Shown: piece after piece, positions 37,443-47,999 of the stretch
Position numbering within the stretch: position 1 is the first letter of the stretch
How the letters are laid out: the number at the start of each line of letters is the position of its first letter
Assembly: GCF_044704955.1 (NCBI RefSeq)
Contig: NC_091991.1
Span: 164,672,001-164,736,000, forward strand
Direction: 5' to 3'
DNA: 64,000 bases
Source of the DNA: Pristiophorus japonicus
Lineage: Eukaryota
Position numbers and translations under genes: made by a program
Notes under the pieces: generated by a model
Told to the model about the DNA's origin: nothing
What the model saw: the letters and a program-made list of their open reading frames with translations, nothing else
Database searches by the model: none

Positions 37443-39612
37443 ATAGAAACATAGAAATTTACAGCGCAGGAGGCCATTTCAGCCCATTGTGTCCGCGCCG
37501 GTCGACAAAGAGCCACACGGCCCTTGGTCAGCAGCCCTAAAGGTTACATATAAACCTATGAGCAATGACGGCAAGGCAAAGAGCACCCAGCCCAACCAGT
37601 CCGCCTCACCACAACTGCGACATCCCTTATTCTAAAACATTCTACACTCCACCCCAGCCGGAGCCGTGTGATCTCCTGGGAGAGGCAAAAAACAGATAAA
37701 AACCCAGGCCAATTTAGGGAGAAAAAAATCTGGGAAAATTCCTCTCCAACCCATCCAGGCGATCGAAACTAGTCCAGATCACCCTGGACGTATCCAATCC
37801 CTGCAGTACTTACCATTATATCTGTGCCATCCAACAAAAGGTCATCCAGTCTAATCTCAATTACCAGCTCTAGGTCCATAACCCTGCAGGTTACTGCACT
37901 CCAAGTGCTCATCCAACCATCTCTTAAAAGTGGTGAGGGTTTCTGCATCCACCACTCTTCCAGGCAGCGAGTTCCAGATCCCCACAACCCTCTGCATAAA
38001 GAAGCCCCCCCCCTCAAATTCCCTCTAAACCTTCCACCAACCACCTTAAAACTATGCCCCCTCATAATAGACCCCTCCACCAATGGAAATAGACCCTTAC
38101 TATCCACTATGTCCAGGCCCCTCAATATTTTGTACACCTCAATGAGGTCTCCTCTCAATCTCCTCTGTTCCAATGAGAACAAACCCAGCCTATCCAATCT
38201 GTCCTCATAACTAAGATTCTCCATTCCAGGCAGCATCCTAGTAAATCTCCTCTGCACCCGCTCTAGTGCAATCACTTCCTTCCTATAATATGGCGCCCAG
38301 AACTGCACGCAATACTCCAGTTGTGGCCTAACCAAAGTATTATGCAATTTAAGCATAACCTCCTTGCTCTTATATTCTATGCCTCGGCCAATAAAGGAAA
38401 TCATTCCGTATGCCTTCTTATCCACCTGGCCTGCTACTTTCAGGGATCTGTGGACAAGCACTCCAAGGTCCCTTTGTTCATCTACACTATTAAGTGGCCT
38501 ACCGCTTAATGTGTATACCCTTTCCTTATTAGTCCTCCCAAAGTGCATCACTTCACACTTCTCTGAATTAAATTCCATTTGCCACTGCTCTGCCCACCTG
38601 ACCAGTAGATTCATACCCTCCTGCAGCCCATGACTTTCCTCTTCATTATCAACCACACAGCCAATTTTAGTGTCACCTGCAAATTTCTTAATCATACTCA
38701 CTATATTCAAATCTAAATTGTTGATATATACCAGAAAAAGCAAGGGTCCCAGTACTGAACCCTGCGGTACCCCACTGGAAACATCCTTCCAGTCACTAAA
38801 ACATCCATCAATCATTACCCTTTGCTTCCTACCTCCAAGCCAACTTTGGATCCAACTTGACACTTTTCCCTGTATCCCATGGGCTTTAACCTTCATGACC
38901 AGTCTACCACGTGGGAGCTTATCAAAAGCTTCGCTCAAGGCCATACATACTACATCGTACGCACTACCCTCATCGACCCTCTCGGTTACCTCCTCAAAAA
39001 ATTCAATCAGGTTAGTCAGAACGATCTTCCCTTAACAAATCCGTGCTGAGTGTCCCTAATTTATCCTTGCCTTTCCAAATGCAGATTTATCCTGTCTTTC
39101 AGGATTTTTCCCAATAATTTTCCCACCACTGAGGTTAGGCTGACAGGCCTGTAATTACTCAGCCTATCCGTTCTCCCTTCTTAAACAAGGGTACTACATT
39201 AGCAGTTCTCCAATCCTCCGGCACCATGCCCAGATCCAAAGAGGACTGGGAAAATGATGGTCAAGGCCTCTGCTATTTCCTCTTTTACTTCGCTCAACAG
39301 CCTGGGATGCATTTCTTCCGGGCCTGGGGACTTATCTACTTTCAAAGCTGCTCAACCCCTTAATACTTCCTCTCTCACTATATTTATTTCATCCAGAATA
39401 TCACACTCCTCCTCGCTAGCAGTATCTGCATTACCCTTTTCTTTTGTGAAAACAGATGCAAAATATTCGTTAAAAACCCTCCCCACATCTTCCACCTCCA
39501 CACAAAGTTTGCCCTCATGGTCTCTAACAGGCCCTACCCTTTCTTTAGTTATCCTCTTATTCCTAATATATTTATAGAACATCTTAGGATTTTCCCTAAT
39601 TTTACTGGCCAA
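37443..39612 (-). mobile_element. CR1 LINE, ~2.2 kb, long 3'UTR
   Basis: 391-aa RT ORF 37769-38944; ATAGAAAC tail starts only ~8 nt upstream of the PTCD1 exon-7 acceptor. Confidence 0.95.
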
Positions 39613-39844
39613 GAGTAAAGGAGAGTTTCAATGAACACTGATACTTTTGAAAATCCGAGGTGAAACACGAAAGGAGAAAAGAACGTTCGGGATGATGAGA
39701 TTAATCAAAGTAGTCGTGGTTTTGTGACGTCAAGCAGGAATATTTTTTTTCCGAAGACCGTTTGCGTCATTTTGCTTCTATGCAGCCCAGGGCAGCAATT
39801 ACCAGAAACCTCTGCATGGTCTTATGTCACCAATGCAGTCAGTT

Positions 39845-40285
39845 CAGCCGTGGCTGAGTGGGTAACACACTCGCCTCTGAGTCAGAAGGTTGTGGGTTCA
39901 AGTCCCACTCCAGGGACTTGAGCACGAAAAATCTAAGCTGACATGAGTGATCGCTGCACTGTCGGAGGTGCCGTCTTTCGGATGAGAAGTTAAACCGAGG
40001 CTCTGTCTGCTCTCTCAAGTGGACGTATTAGCGCACTATTTCGAAGGCGAGCAGGGGAGTTATCCCCGGTGTCCTGGCCAATATTTATCCCTCAATCAAC
40101 GTAACAAAAAAACAGATTATCTGGTAATTATTACATTGCTGTTTGTGGGAGCTTGCTGTGCACAAATTGGCTGCTGCGTTTCCCACATTACAACAGTGAC
40201 TACACTCCAAAAATACTTCATTGGCTGTAAAAACCCTTTGAGACGTCTGGTGGTCAGACGCTATATAAATGCAAGTCTTTCTTTC
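39845..40285 (+). mobile_element. DeuSINE, full length
   Basis: A/B boxes, Deu domain, CTATATAAATGCAAGTCTTTC tail. Confidence 0.9.
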
Positions 40286-40629
40286 TGCTGTCAGTTCAGT
40301 TGCAAGGTGGTGCAAGACCAGTGTGTCCCATTCCCTGACTCGCGCCAATCAGTAGTAGGGCACAATTCTGCTAAAGAACGTTCTAGGCAGTGGTTGAATG
40401 GGAGCAAAATTAGGGGGATATATATATACACATTTTATCAATGGTATCTCAAACTGGTCAGTTAATTCACACTGAAAATATTGGCAGCTCTTTAGAGTTA
40501 GTGGGTGGTGTCGTTGGGATAGGCTGACAAGGGAAGTATCAAAAAATGTAATGGAAAGTAATCTCTCACTGCAGCTTTTTTGCTGCATTCTCCGTTATAA
40601 TACTAATATTTGACCTAGTTGGTGTCCCT

Positions 40630-41615
40630 CAAGAACATAAGAATTAGGAGCAGGAGTGGGCCATGCCCTTCGAGCCTGCTCCGCCATTCAATAAGATCAA
40701 GGCTGATCATCGACCTCAACTCCGCTTTCCCGCCCGATCTCCATATCCCTTGATTCCCCTAGAGTCCAAAAATCTATCGATCTCAGCCTTGAATATCCTC
40801 AAAGACTCGGCATCCACAGCCCTCTGGGCCAGAGAATTCCAAAGATTCACAATCTGCTGAGTGAAGCAATTGCTCCTCATCTCGATCTTAAATGGCCGAC
40901 CCCTTATCCTGTGACCCCTGGTCTAGACTCTCCAGCCAGGGGACACCAACTACATAATAACATAAGAAATAGGAACAGGAGTTGGCCATACGGCCCCTTG
41001 AGCCTGCTCCGCCATTTAATAAAGTCATAGCCGATCTGATCATGACTCAGCTCCACTTCCCTGCCTGCTCCCCATAACCCCTTACCCCTTATCATTTAAG
41101 AAACTGTCTATTTCCGTCTTAAATTTATTCAATGTCCCAGCTTCTACAGCTCTTGAGGCAGCGAATTCCACAGATTTACAACCCTCAGAGAAGAAATTTC
41201 TCCTCATCTCAGTTTTAAATGGGCGGCCCCTTATTCTAAGATCATGCCCTCTAGTTCTAGTCTTCCCCATCTGTGGAAACATCCTCTCTGCATCCACCTT
41301 GTCAAGCCCCCTCATAATCTTATACGTTTCGATAAGATCTCCTCTCATTCTTCTGAACGCCAATGAGTAGAGGCCCAACCTACTCAACCTTTCCTCATAA
41401 GCCAACCCCCTCATCCCCGGAATCAACCTAGTGAACCTTCTCTGAACTGCCTCCAAAGCAAGTATATCCATTCGTAAATATGGAAACCAAAACTGCACGC
41501 AGTATTCCAGGTGTGGCCTCACCAATACCTTATATAGCTGTCGCAAGACTTCCCTGCTTTTATACTCCATCACCTCTCAGCATTTACCTGTTCAATCCCC
41601 CCTCAGAATCTTTCA
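40630..41615 (-). mobile_element. CR1 3' fragment with nested CR1 (40948-41570)
   Basis: Two AACATAAG tails; host resumes at CACCTCTCAGCATTTACC; possible CACC TSD. Confidence 0.85.
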
Positions 41616-42191
41616 ATGAGCACAAACCTGACTCACTCAACCACTGGAAATTTTATTTTCTTATAACCCAGCTATGGCTTTGTCCAGTTGTTAAACCCAG
41701 TTCGTTCAAAGTTACTAACAACTTAACCCTCTGCTAGTCACAAACATGGGAACAGGAGTAAGTCATTCAGCCCCTAAAGCCTGCTCTGCCATTTTATTAG
41801 CCACGACAGTTCTTTCTTTTTAATCCCACTTTCGCACCTCCCCCCACTCCTCTATATCCCTGAATACCCTTACTTCCCAAATAAATATTTATATCTTCCC
41901 TTTTAAACAGCTCAGTTGACTTTGCATCTATTGTCTTCTGGGGTGGTGCATCTGCATCCTGAAAACTTTGTGAAGGGTTATGACATTATTATATATTTGT
42001 GCTTTTGTTTTAAAAATCCTTTTCTTAGCAGGAAAGGCTAGTCTACAGAATTATTTATAACTAAGCCAAAGGTGTATGAAATACAGCAATTTCAACAGAA
42101 ATAAAGTAATAAGCATTGATTTTTTTTGTTTCTGTGGGATTGAGAAGGATGCTGAAATTTGGTCCAATAATTTGACGGATTAATATGCATT

Positions 42192-42916
42192 AGCCCAGAT
42201 TTTGCATTGAGAATAACAGCGAGGCTAACAGCGCTCACCGTTATTATGGAGTAAACTGGACAGCCACTTCCGGAGTATGCACACGCGCAGTTAAACGCAA
42301 AAAGCTGAAAGTTGCATTTCGAGTTACCCTACTCCTCCACAAGCTGCGCTATAAGAGTACCTCACCGATAGACTCGGCATTGAAATCAGTGCAAGGGAGT
42401 GAAGTTGCAGTACTTGTTACCCACTAAACACAGCAGAAAAGGATAGGGCTGGTGCATTCAGGTACAAGTGATTTTTTTTTTTTAAACAGTGTGCTCAGTC
42501 ATAATTACTGCTAAACAACCTCTCTAGCCCTGAAAATTAAATTTTACAAGTGTGGAGCCTCATTCCTTCAGAGTTTAATTAGAGAAGAGGATTTAAAAAA
42601 AAAATTCTATTCCCTTTATCTCTTTTAATCCCATCTGTTTTCCCCCTCTTTATTTTGCTCTCCGTACACAATTTAAATCTAATTTATACTTCCTGGTTGA
42701 GACTCTGCGTGGCTCAGTGAAGATTCTTCAAAGTGATTGGTTGAAGAGCTCTGCTGTTGCTTTTCCTCCTCACACACACCACAGATTCCCTGTAGAGGGT
42801 GCCACGCCTGATGACAGCAAGTCTGTGCTCAAAAGCCCGCGAAACGTCTGTGGGCCGCTGTCAGCATAGTGACGGTCAAGCGCTGTTCCTCCGACGCTGA
42901 CCACAAAATCCGGGCC
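42192..42916. mobile_element. Non-autonomous DNA transposon (PIF/Harbinger-like MITE)
   Basis: Terminal inverted repeats AGCCCAGATTTTG ... CAAAATCCGGGCC; no coding capacity. Confidence 0.6.
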
Positions 42917-43468
42917 AAGAATTGTTAACTCTTGTTGCTATCAATTCCACTTTTTATTGTATGTTTACCTGTCTGAGTTTGGATGAGCAAACTGTTAAAT
43001 GGCACCAACCTTCTCCAGTTTCAAAGAAATGCAACCTCCTTTGTATTGTATAATAATTTCCCCCAGACCACATATTGTACCCCAAATGAAATTCAACAGG
43101 GCTCTGCCATTGCCTCTCTGAAACGAGCCACTAGGAGGTGCTCAGGAGCCGGTAGGACTCGGCCTCTGATTTCCATTCTATTCCTGTAACAGAACTTCCT
43201 CTTCTTCTCCCCTACCGAGATTCAGCAAGGCACAAACCTGACTCACTCAACCCAGGCCACTGGAAACTCTATTTTCTTTTAATATATATTTTTTGAAGAT
43301 GTCATCATGCTCAAACTATCTGCCCAATGTTACAGAATCTGATCTGAACAAGGCCTGGAAGCCACCAGGAATCTTTGCATTTACTAGAAGTGGTCTCGGG
43401 CTATTCTCTCCACTATTTCATGCAAAAATGCTCCAGCTATGGTTAAGAATGAAGCGGCAGGAGATTAC

Positions 43469-43585
43469 CTTCATGTCACGGAGAAGCTGCAGTCCATCCT
43501 TGTCTTTTGTGCAGGCTATAGCCAGGTTACAGAAGGTGTGCATGGTTGGCGACAAGCCTCGCTCAACTAGCACAGGCAGTAGCGC
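43469..43585 (-). CDS. PTCD1: PTCD1 coding exon 6
   Basis: Manual translation [39 protein letters not shown] (PPR); TAG/GTAAT; 117 nt; not in the ORF track. Confidence 0.92.
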
Positions 43586-43642
43586 CTAGAGTGAATAAAT
43601 ACACATCATCAGTGGGCGGGAATAAGAGAACGACTAGTTAAA

Positions 43643-44485
43643 GCTGTGGCTCAGTGGGTAGCTCCCTTGCCCGAGTCAGAAGATTGTGGGTTCAAGTCCC
43701 ACTCCAGAGACTGGAGCACAAAAAATATCCAGGTTGACACTCCAGTGAAGTACTGACGGAGCGCTGCACTGTCAGAGCTGCTGTCTTTCGGTAAGGCATT
43801 AAACCGAGGCCCCGTCTGCTCTAAAAGATCCCATGGCACTATTTCGAAGAAGAGCAGGGGAGTTATCCCCGGTGTCCTGGCCAATATTTATCCCTCAGTT
43901 AACAGATTATCTGGTCATTTAATCACATTTCTGTTTGTAGGAGCTTGCTGTGCACAAATCGGCTACTGTGTTTCCTGCATTACAACAGTGACTACGCTTC
44001 AAAAAAAAAGGTACTTCATTGGCTGTAAAGCGCTTTGGGATGTTCTGAGGTTGTGACCAGATAATCTGTTTTTGTTATGTTGATTGAGGGATAAATATTG
44101 CCAGGACACCGGGGATAACTCCCCTGCTCTTCTTCAAAATAGTGTCATGGGCACTTTTACGCCGACCTGAGGGGGCAGACTTCAAGCCCCACTCCAGAGA
44201 CTTGAGCAGAAAAATTCCAGGCTGAGCGAGTGCTGCACTGTCGGAGTGCAGTCTTTCGGATGAGATGTTAAACTGAGGCTTTGTCTCCTCTGTCAGGTGG
44301 ACGTAAAAGATCCCATGGCACTATTTCGAAATTTAACGTCTCATCCGAAAGATGGCACCTCTAACAGTGCAGCATTCCTATGGAATGTCAGCCTAGATTT
44401 TTGTTCTCAGGTCCCTGGAGTGGGACTTGAACCCACAACCTTCTAACTCAGAGGCAGGAGTACTACCCACTGAGCCACGGCCAAC
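43643..44485. mobile_element. Mosaic of DeuSINE pieces in alternating orientation
   Basis: + 43643-44056, - 44057-44180, + 44181-44331, - 44332-44482. Confidence 0.85.
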
Positions 44486-44659
44486 ACTAAATAAAATCAG
44501 AAGACTATACAATATACATTAGTAAATATCCTCTGAAAATAAATAGCTTACACACCAACGTGGCCTGAATCATTTCCAAGAAAATGACTTCAGGAGAACC
44601 TAAAGAACTGCAGCCCCGCCCCACCCCGCCCCCCCCCCCCAACTCAAAACTGCCACACC

Positions 44660-45050
44660 TTTAGAAGAATGAGAGATGATCTCATTGAAATATATAAAAT
44701 TATTACAAGGCTTGACAGGGCAGATGCAGGGAGGATGTTTCCTCTGGTTGAGGAGTCTAGAGCCAGGGTTCACAGTCTCAGAATAAGGGGTCGGCCATTT
44801 AGGACTGAGATGAGGAGAAATTTCTTCACTCAGAGGGTGGTGAATCTCTGGAATTCTCTACCCCAGAGGGCTGTGGAGCCTCAGTCATTGAGTATATTCA
44901 AGACCGAGATTGATAGTTTGTTTGATATTAAGGCAATCAAGGGACAGTGCAGGAAAGTGGAGTTACGGTAGATCAGCCATTATCTTATTGAGTGGTGGAG
45001 CAGGCTCGAGGGGTCAAATGGCCTACTCCTGCTCCTAATTCTTGATGTTC
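44660..45050 (+). mobile_element. CR1 3' fragment
   Basis: MRDDLIEIYKII...VNLWNSLPQR. Confidence 0.9.
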
Positions 45051-45784
45051 AAAAGGAAAAGAAAATGAAGCAACATTTCTAAAACTCAGCTGCTCTTGAT
45101 TAAAGGTTCAATGTCCGATGAGCCGCGGAATGCTATAGTTTGAAGAGGTTGGACGTGGGGTTACTTCATACATTTAGCTCCTGATTTTAGCCATTCCGTA
45201 GCTCAGAGACTCAACACTGCCCCACATGGAGAGGAGCAGCAGCACAGGGAGAATCAAACCAGATACAGACAGACCCAATATCGTGCTTTACATCCAGTTT
45301 GATATCATTCACCAACAAAATCAAAAGCTAATTACTTACAAAATGATCTTGCAGCATTCAGCAGGGATGGCAAAAGATTAATTTTTCATTTTAAACCGGT
45401 GTGGAGTTTTACTTTAATATTGTTTTTAAAATTGCTACCCTACTGTTAAAAGCTTTGAAACAACTGCAGATGGGGTAGCCTGGGAGCTCAGATTGCAGGC
45501 AGCTGGTAAAGTACACAACCTTTGGGGCTTCGAGACATCGATAGCTTCCAAACAGTGTGATTCCATCAAAATAGTGCTCTGATTTATACCCTACCACAGA
45601 CATGCACAAGACTGTCGGGACTAATCTATTTTCTCACAGACCTTTGCAGATTCCATGAAGGTTTCTGTCTCCAGTGAAGGAAGTAAATGACAGTACAAGT
45701 CACTTGGTGCCACTCAAACATGCTTTTCTGACTCTCACATTCAGGGGAAAAACTAGGGAGTCACTGGATTTTCCCAGCCATGTT

Positions 45785-46205
45785 TCATAAGAACATAAGA
45801 AATAGGAGCAGGAGTAAGCCATTTGGCCCCTCGAGCCTGCTCCGCCATTCAATATCATGGCTGATCTGATCCTGGCCTCAACTCCACTTCCCTGCCCGTT
45901 CCCCATAACCCTGGACTCCCTTACCATTCAAAATTCTGTCTATCTCCACCTTAAGTATATTCAATGACCCAGCCTCCACAGCTCTCTGGGATAGAGAATT
46001 CTGAAGCTTCACGATCCTGAGAAAAGAAATTCCTCCTCATTTCCGTTATAAATGGGCGACCCCTTATTCTAAAACCATGCTCCCTAGTTCAAGATTCCCC
46101 CACGAAGGGAAACATCCTCTCTGCATCGACCCTGTCGAGCCCCCTCAGAATCTTATACATTTCAATAAGATCACCTCTCATTCTTCTAAACTCCAATGAG
46201 TACAG
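45785..46205 (-). mobile_element. CR1 3' fragment
   Basis: CATAAGAA tail, CR1 3'UTR and C-terminal coding similarity. Confidence 0.88.
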
Positions 46206-46454
46206 GAGTTTCGTTGCCATTGGTTACACTGCATGCAACTCCGCAAGTTTGATGAAATATCACCTGCCTTTTTTGTGCGTGGACTGTAAGATAAATACGG
46301 TCGGATTATTGTGCCACTCTTGTTATTAGCCTATTGCAGAATCATAGAATGGTTACAGCACCGAAGAAGGCCATTCGGCCCGTCGAGCCCGTGCTGAGCT
46401 CTCAGCAAGTCCTACTTCCCTGCCTAAAGCTGGTTATCCACCACGACCACTTAC

Positions 46455-47231
46455 CTTTGCGCCCTCCAGGTCACCCAGCTTGCTCTTTTTTCTAATGAAG
46501 TTGTTAAAAAATGAAACGTCTGGCTTCACGCCATGCTCATCCATGAGTGCCAGCAAGGAGGATTCGGACTGGCTCTTCGGTTCCACCACGTCAGCCAACA
46601 GCGTGAAAGTTTTAATGTCTGGTCGCGTGCTATCTTCCTTCATCTTGCTTAGAAAGCCACTCAGGCACCCGATCAGTGCTAGTCTATCAGGCGGCGTGGC
46701 TGCTGGTCCCAAAGAAATTAGGTTCTTCTTGTTGACCCGGATGTGGAGTAAATTGGGCAGACGGGCACTTGGAGGAAGCTTGCTGGAGTCCGAATCGACT
46801 GGCAGTATTTGATGTCTGGAAACCAGTTCCATTGATTGCTCTGCTCGTGGTGCCAGCTCTTTCTCTCGGCCATTACCGGACACCAGGCTTGGTGTTTCAC
46901 TCGGTTTTGATAACGTTTCGTTGCTGTGCCCGTCCTCCGGTTCCGAGACTCTGCAGCCGGTCGGTTGGTCAGAAGCCAGTCCAAACATCTGCTCTTCCAA
47001 CAGGCCGACGACCAGAGTGGTTGTGTTCCTGCTGCTTTTGGTCCCTTTCGGGCCACGGAGCTTCTGAACCCTTCTGCGCTGCTTCAGCTGCCACATCCCG
47101 TCCCCCTCGCCCAGCAGCAACCGCGAGGCCACTGCGGGGTCGCCAATCCCGCAGTCCCTGGCGGCCCGGAGCAGTAGGTTGTAGCTCTTGGCATCAGGCC
47201 GCACGCCAAGTCTTAACATCTCTCGCCAAAC
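46455..47231 (-). CDS. PTCD1: PTCD1 coding exon 5
   Basis: VWREMLRLGVRPDAKSYNLLLRAARDCGIGDP...TPPDRLALIG...PDIKTFTLLA...GDLEGAK; CAG/GTAAG; 777 nt. Confidence 0.95.
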
Positions 47232-47352
47232 CTGTGAGAGAGGAAGCAAAGTTATTTCGACAGTAAAATGGTGAAGAGCCTGTAATACACACAATGGCAT
47301 AATCGACCAAACTGGTGAGAGAGCGCAGACTGGAGCGGCAGTTAAAAACTCT

Positions 47353-47890
47353 GGGGTGGAAATTCGGTCGCGCCACCGTTGCGGTGTTAACCTGGGCGGA
47401 GCGGTAAATGTTGCGCCGGCAAATGGATTGCATCTGCCGCCACAAAATTCATCAGCTGGGCCCCGAGTTTGGAGCGGAGCGCTGTGCTAAGGGACAAGTG
47501 AAAATCCCGAACGAAGCAGCCGGCCTTGGAGCGACCCAAAAGAGGCCTCGGGGGAAGAAAAAAAACCTTAAAAAAAAACCCCAGCAAAAGCATTCCCAAT
47601 AAGTAACTCACGCCACCAAAACATAAATCGCAGAAAAAAAACACAATCACACTTACCTGAGGTCGACATGACTTACCTCACTGCAGCCACTACAGCTCGG
47701 ACCACCTGATTCAACAGGTGTTCACCAGGGGGCGCTCTACCGGTCGGGCGCGATCCAAATGTCGAGCCGGTGTCACGACCGGGGGTGTTGCACACCGGCT
47801 CGCCATTTCCGGGCGGTAATGCTCTGCGCTCCCTCGAGACCGATAATGAATGTTCCGGCGGTGCGCTAACAAAAGCAGCAGAAGACCGAA
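47353..47890. mobile_element. GC/CpG-rich interspersed repeat, probably a DNA-transposon derivative
   Basis: Begins GGGGTGGAAATTC (TIR-like); abrupt composition shift; right TIR not found. Confidence 0.4.
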
Positions 47891-47999
47891 AATGTGGTTT
47901 TTAAAGCGGTTTGTTCAGTCCCATGATTGGCTTACTGAGCAAAGTTTCATCCTCTCTTTATTTAAAGAAGTGTTTTATCCTGTTTTCACCTATCCAAAC

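Noticed and set aside
39725-39770. CRE palindrome TGACGTCA plus TGCGTCA in a PTCD1 intron
   Set aside because: Short motifs expected by chance; no supporting context
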